Shown: one piece after another, positions 60,042 to 64,000 of the stretch | How positions within the stretch are numbered: the first letter of the stretch is position 1 | Layout of the letters: each line of letters opens with the position of its first letter | Assembly (NCBI GenBank): GCA_043825095.1 | Contig: JBDRSE010000102.1 | Location: 4,655 to 68,654, forward strand | Source of the DNA: a bacterium | GTDB lineage: Bacteria > Myxococcota_A > Polyangia > HGW-17 > JAJRWW01 | Direction: 5' to 3' | Length of the DNA: 64,000 bases | The notes under the pieces: model-generated | Told to the model about the DNA's origin: nothing | Database searches by the model: none | The model's input: only the letters and a program-made list of their open reading frames with translations | Position numbers and translations under genes: made by a program

Positions 60042-61181
60042 TCACTGCGGGCAGACCCCCCTCGCCCACTTCACCAGGGAGCGATTTGCCGATACGACCT
60101 GCGATCGGGCCCGCTTCGTGAGTAACGACAGGACCTGCCTCACGTGGTAGCAGCGGCTGGCGTCGAGGGCCGCACCGGAGCGCTGATGTCGCCGGAGAAA
60201 CGCGACGGCGAACTCCTCGAAGCAGACGGTACGGAGCAACGAGGCGACCTTCATCGCGCGGGGTTTTCCCGCCGTGGAGAGTGTGTCGTAGGCGTGCCCT
60301 TTGTGCACACACTTGTAGTAGAGCGCGTCGCTGGATTTTCCCGAGTGGAGGGACAAGCGCACCTGCGTCGCGTCCCGGGACGCGTCTCGCATCGTGAACG
60401 CGAGCGGCCGCTGTCCATCGATTTGCTCGCACAGACGCTGCGTCTGCCCGACCAGCAGCAGCACGCCATCGTCAGCTGCCAGCCACGGGGGCAGCTTCTG
60501 TCGGACCGCGGAGCAGTCTGCCCCGTGATCGTCCGGATCGATCCGCTCGACCGCACCGTTCAGGCGGTTCCGCGCGGCGGTGAGCTGGACGCGCAGCGCC
60601 CGAGCGCACACGCGTGACAGCTCTTCGCGCACCGCGCGCGCCGGCGGCCGCTTCAGCTCACGCAATCCGCGAAAGGTTTCGGCTCGAAGGCATTTGCGCA
60701 CCCCGTCGTGGGCGTGGCCCGTTCGCAGATCCGCGCTGATCTGAAGGGCCGTTTTCCGGGCGAGAATTATCCGCTTCATCCATGGGTGCTGCGCCAAGGT
60801 GCCCAGCCGTAGCCGCACCGCGCACCCGTAGAAAGCGTCGCAGTCCCCCTTTTTGGCACAAGTCCGGATCACCTGCGCCAGCAAGGGGCCGACGACGGCG
60901 TCCCGGGCGGCGCTTCGGCACCCCCGCGCGCACTCGTCGGGGGGGGTGGAGGCGCTCCTCGACTCCGTCCCGACCGGCCCGAAAAAACCCTCGTCTCCCA
61001 GCCTCCGGAAGGTTGACAGACAGGACGCCTGTCGGGTGCAGAGCTGCTCACATGCCCCGGATTCCACCGCCCGCGCTGCGGTTTCCGGGCTCGTCCGGGT
61101 GGTTTCTTCCGGACGCTGCAGGTTCTCGCAACCGGTGGTTGCGACCAATACTGCCAGCAGCAGCGTCGCCCGAAGGGTCAT
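60042..61181 (-). CDS. hypothetical Cys-rich lipoprotein
   Basis: ATTGC lipobox after ATG 61181; CEQLC..C and ECARGC motifs. Confidence 0.65.
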   Translation of the reverse strand: MTLRATLLLAVLVATTGCENLQRPEETTRTSPETAARAVESGACEQLCTRQASCLSTFRRLGDEGFFGPVGTESRSASTPPDECARGCRSAARDAVVGPLLAQVIRTCAKKGDCDAFYGCAVRLRLGTLAQHPWMKRIILARKTALQISADLRTGHAHDGVRKCLRAETFRGLRELKRPPARAVREELSRVCARALRVQLTAARNRLNGAVERIDPDDHGADCSAVRQKLPPWLAADDGVLLLVGQTQRLCEQIDGQRPLAFTMRDASRDATQVRLSLHSGKSSDALYYKCVHKGHAYDTLSTAGKPRAMKVASLLRTVCFEEFAVAFLRRHQRSGAALDASRCYHVRQVLSLLTKRARSQVVSANRSLVKWARGVCPQ

Positions 61182-61468
61182 CGCCTCACTGGTTTCGCCC
61201 AAGACGACCGCTGGGAAGGCAGATTTCTTCCCGGCGCCGGCGGTTCGTGATCGTAGCGGTAGCACAGCACCATGCTGGGGGGAATCAGCACAAAGACCGC
61301 GGCGGAGCCGACGCTCGTGCCTGTGGAGCAGTTCGAGTGTGCGGGGCATGTGTGACCTTCATATTTGGCCGTGCCGCCGCGAGAGTCAAGGCGCTGAGTG
61401 CACAGTACCATCCTCGATGTTTCTGCCTTATAATTGCAAACGATTGGGGCGCCTGCACCTGACACGAT

Positions 61469-62848
61469 ATGAGTGACGACAATCCCAAAGAACTGTCGGA
61501 AGACTTGCCCGCGGGACAGGGACGTGAATCGCCCTTTTTCCAGCGACGACGCCTCGAGCGCGAGGACGGCTACAAGGAGGACTTCCACGACAGCATTGCC
61601 GAGGCGGCATTTCTGATTCAGCAGGGGCTCCTGGAGGATGGAATCAACGCTCTGGAGGAGCTGAGGGCGGTTCACGGTGACGACCCGCGTGTGATGGGCC
61701 GACTGCACGTGGCGAAGATGAAGCTACGCAAGGCCCAGGACGCAGCGGCCGGAGACGCACCTGTGGTGACTCCACCGGTGGCTGGGAAGAGGCCCTCGGC
61801 GCCGAAACCGAGACCCGCGCCTCCAAAGATGCCCGCGGTCGAGGCGAAGCCGCCCGACGTCGAGCCTGAGCCGCTTCCACCGATCCCCATTTTCTTGGAA
61901 GAGAGTAGTCCTCCCGGCGGCGAGGACGACTTCGAGCAGCGGAAGACCGACCCCCTGCCCTCGATGGTGTCAGGGCGGCCCGTGACTGCACCTGCCGTCG
62001 GCCGGGATCCCGTGCGCCCGGCGCCGGCAACGGACGTCGGCGCAGCGGAGGCCGAGTCACTCTTTGCAGAGCTCGACGCGGAGCTGTCCGAGGCCGAGCC
62101 GCCCCACGCCTCTGTTACGCCGGGTTCGACCGCGCCTCCATCGCCGGCGCAAACATCCCCAAGCCCAACCGCGCCCGCCTTGCCGCACCGGCCCTTCGAG
62201 CCCAAGCGGGCGGTGATGACACCGCCGCAGGCCGAGCGGCCCGCGGGGCTCGGCCGCGGCAGGCTGCTCCTGCTCGTGGTCGGCATGTTCGCCTTGGTCT
62301 TCATCGTCGTGCTCATCGTCGTGAGCGGCCGGAAGGGGGGCGCTCCCGCGAAGTCGCCGGACAAGCCGACCGTTGCCCGAGCTCCGGTGAAGTCCGCGCC
62401 CTCACGGCGCCCAGCGGCGCCTCCTCCTGTCCCGAGAACGATAGGCAGTGGGCCGCGCGTCGGCCGCTCCGCGGAGCCGCCGGCGATGACCGCTGAGGGC
62501 GGCGTCGCGCGAGTCGCGGCGGCCTCGGGGATGGAAGAGGACCCCAAAACGCCGCCGGCGTCGAAGCCCCACGTGCGGCTCCGGCTCGAGATCAAGCCCG
62601 AGAAGGCCGCCAGCGTCGTCATCTTCCGCGGCCGGGAGTACTGGGGCGCGACGTTCGAGAGCCCCGGACTGGAGCCCGCGGAAAAGCCCGAGGTGGTGAA
62701 GATCAAGGCCAAGGGGTACCGGGACCACGAGCTGATGATTCTGCTCAACCGCGACGTGGAACGCTTGATCAAGCTCAAGAAGCGTCCCAAGCGCATGAAG
62801 CTGTTCGACATCGGAAAAACGCGCCCGCGTCGAGCGCAGGGGGAGTGA
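61469..62848 (+). CDS. hypothetical bitopic protein (TPR-like N-terminus, Pro-rich, TM, PEGA-like C-terminus)
   Basis: IAEAAFLIQQGL helix, TM LLLLVVGMFALVFIVVLIVV, KAKGY motif. Confidence 0.7.
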   Translation: MSDDNPKELSEDLPAGQGRESPFFQRRRLEREDGYKEDFHDSIAEAAFLIQQGLLEDGINALEELRAVHGDDPRVMGRLHVAKMKLRKAQDAAAGDAPVVTPPVAGKRPSAPKPRPAPPKMPAVEAKPPDVEPEPLPPIPIFLEESSPPGGEDDFEQRKTDPLPSMVSGRPVTAPAVGRDPVRPAPATDVGAAEAESLFAELDAELSEAEPPHASVTPGSTAPPSPAQTSPSPTAPALPHRPFEPKRAVMTPPQAERPAGLGRGRLLLLVVGMFALVFIVVLIVVSGRKGGAPAKSPDKPTVARAPVKSAPSRRPAAPPPVPRTIGSGPRVGRSAEPPAMTAEGGVARVAAASGMEEDPKTPPASKPHVRLRLEIKPEKAASVVIFRGREYWGATFESPGLEPAEKPEVVKIKAKGYRDHELMILLNRDVERLIKLKKRPKRMKLFDIGKTRPRRAQGE

Positions 62849-62876
62849 TGAACATCGCCCAACACTGCTCGGAGGT

Positions 62877-63857
62877 TTGTCCCGCATGACCGCACACAGG
62901 TGCAGACCGGCTGTCTGGATTGTATTTCTCATCTCCGTTTGGATGGTGACGTCCGAGGCGGAAGGCAGGTCCCGTCGACGTCGTCATAGGCGACCGTCCG
63001 CAGCGCAGCTGGCGATGAAGCACTTCCAGCGCGGCAAGCGGCTCTACCGCAAAGAGAAGTTTCGCGAGGCCGTCGCGGAGTTCCGAAAAGCCTTCGAAAT
63101 CCTGCCCCATCGCAACATATTGCTGAACATCTCCATCTGTCACGCCGAGATGGGCGATCCCGTGGAGTCCGTGGTCCAGCTCCGGGCCGCGCTGAGGCTC
63201 GCGGGAAAGAACGCAGAGGAGCTGCTCGATCCCCGGGAGTACGCAAAGCTGCTCAAGATGAAGAAGCGGGTGGCAGTGCTCACCGTGGTGGCGCCGGACC
63301 TGGGTGCCGTGATCTTCGTCAATGGGGAATCCACCGGCGCGTCCAAAGTGGACAGGGTCGTGCTGCCCGGCTCCTACCGAGTCGATATCCAGCTCGACGG
63401 CAAGACCAAAGTGAATCGGCGCTTCGAGCTGAAACCAGGCGCGGAGGAGCGCTGGGTCATTCAGGACTGGGATCAGGTGGCGACCCAATATGTCGGCCCT
63501 CGAAAATCCAAGCGGCGACTGGGGCGACTCCACGTCGCCTACGTGTCGGCGGCGGCCGTCCTCACGCTGGCGGCCGGGCTGGCGCTGGTGGGCACGGGAG
63601 TGAAGACGAAATCGCTCGACGACGAGTACGCCGCCAGTGGCGGCGATCCGGACATCAAAGCCCTGGGTGAACGCTACAAAACCGCGACCAACGTGCTCAT
63701 CGGGGTCACCTCCATCGCCGCGGTCACCACCGTGCTGCTGGCCATTTTCACCGATTGGAGCCTGCTGAAGAAGAAGAAGAAATCCGCGTCAGAAACAACC
63801 TTTGCGCCGATTGTGGGCCCGGACGCGGCCGGCTTCGTGTGGTCGGGCCGTTTTTGA
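62877..63857 (+). CDS. exported TPR plus PEGA protein ending FVWSGRF
   Basis: HFQRGKRLY..EAVAEFRKAFEI..NILLNI TPR; AVIFVNGE..PGSYRV PEGA; hydrophobic helices; start may be ATG 62886. Confidence 0.85.
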   Translation: MSRMTAHRCRPAVWIVFLISVWMVTSEAEGRSRRRRHRRPSAAQLAMKHFQRGKRLYRKEKFREAVAEFRKAFEILPHRNILLNISICHAEMGDPVESVVQLRAALRLAGKNAEELLDPREYAKLLKMKKRVAVLTVVAPDLGAVIFVNGESTGASKVDRVVLPGSYRVDIQLDGKTKVNRRFELKPGAEERWVIQDWDQVATQYVGPRKSKRRLGRLHVAYVSAAAVLTLAAGLALVGTGVKTKSLDDEYAASGGDPDIKALGERYKTATNVLIGVTSIAAVTTVLLAIFTDWSLLKKKKKSASETTFAPIVGPDAAGFVWSGRF

Positions 63858-63863
63858 CGCGCC

Positions 63864-64000
63864 ATGGACCCCCGCCTCGAGTCCCATCATCGCCCGGATC
63901 GATGCCTCATTGTGTCCGGCATCTCCCGGAGCGGCACGAGCCTCCTGTCGGTGCTCATCAATCACATCGACAACGCCGTGTGCTTCAATGAGGTTCTCCC
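63864..64000 (+). CDS. sulfotransferase family protein (5' part, runs off the window)
   Basis: Manual translation MDPRLESHHRPDRCLIVSGISRSGTSLLSVLINH...FNE; contains the PAPS-binding GxxRSGTS motif. Confidence 0.75.
   Translation, partial: MDPRLESHHRPDRCLIVSGISRSGTSLLSVLINHIDNAVCFNEVL

Overview
High-GC bacterial chromosome segment, most likely from a myxobacterium-like (Myxococcota) organism. This is inferred from four Hanks Ser/Thr kinases, two sigma54 activators, PEGA/TPR proteins and MXAN_5187-like and AgmX-like domains. The left end carries a convincing XerCD dif site (151-178). A second, inverted degenerate dif-like site pairs with it into a 23-bp hairpin, an arrangement like the attachment junction of CTXphi-type elements that integrate via XerCD. 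Next is the housekeeping block tRNA-Val, thrS, infC, rpmI, rplT, ihfA, merR, tRNA-Pro, surE, pcm, apt, tRNA-Arg, all transcribed toward dif and lacking the usual pheST. The rest is rich in signalling and envelope genes. The best candidate for an undescribed system is a two-gene unit at 31593-36087: a STAND-NTPase/TPR/sigma54 activator followed 16 bp later by an exported lipoprotein with four exactly 22-aa-spaced DSNPLPA cores, resembling a receptor plus multi-copy propeptide pair. All product calls come from motif recognition by eye; no database searches were run.
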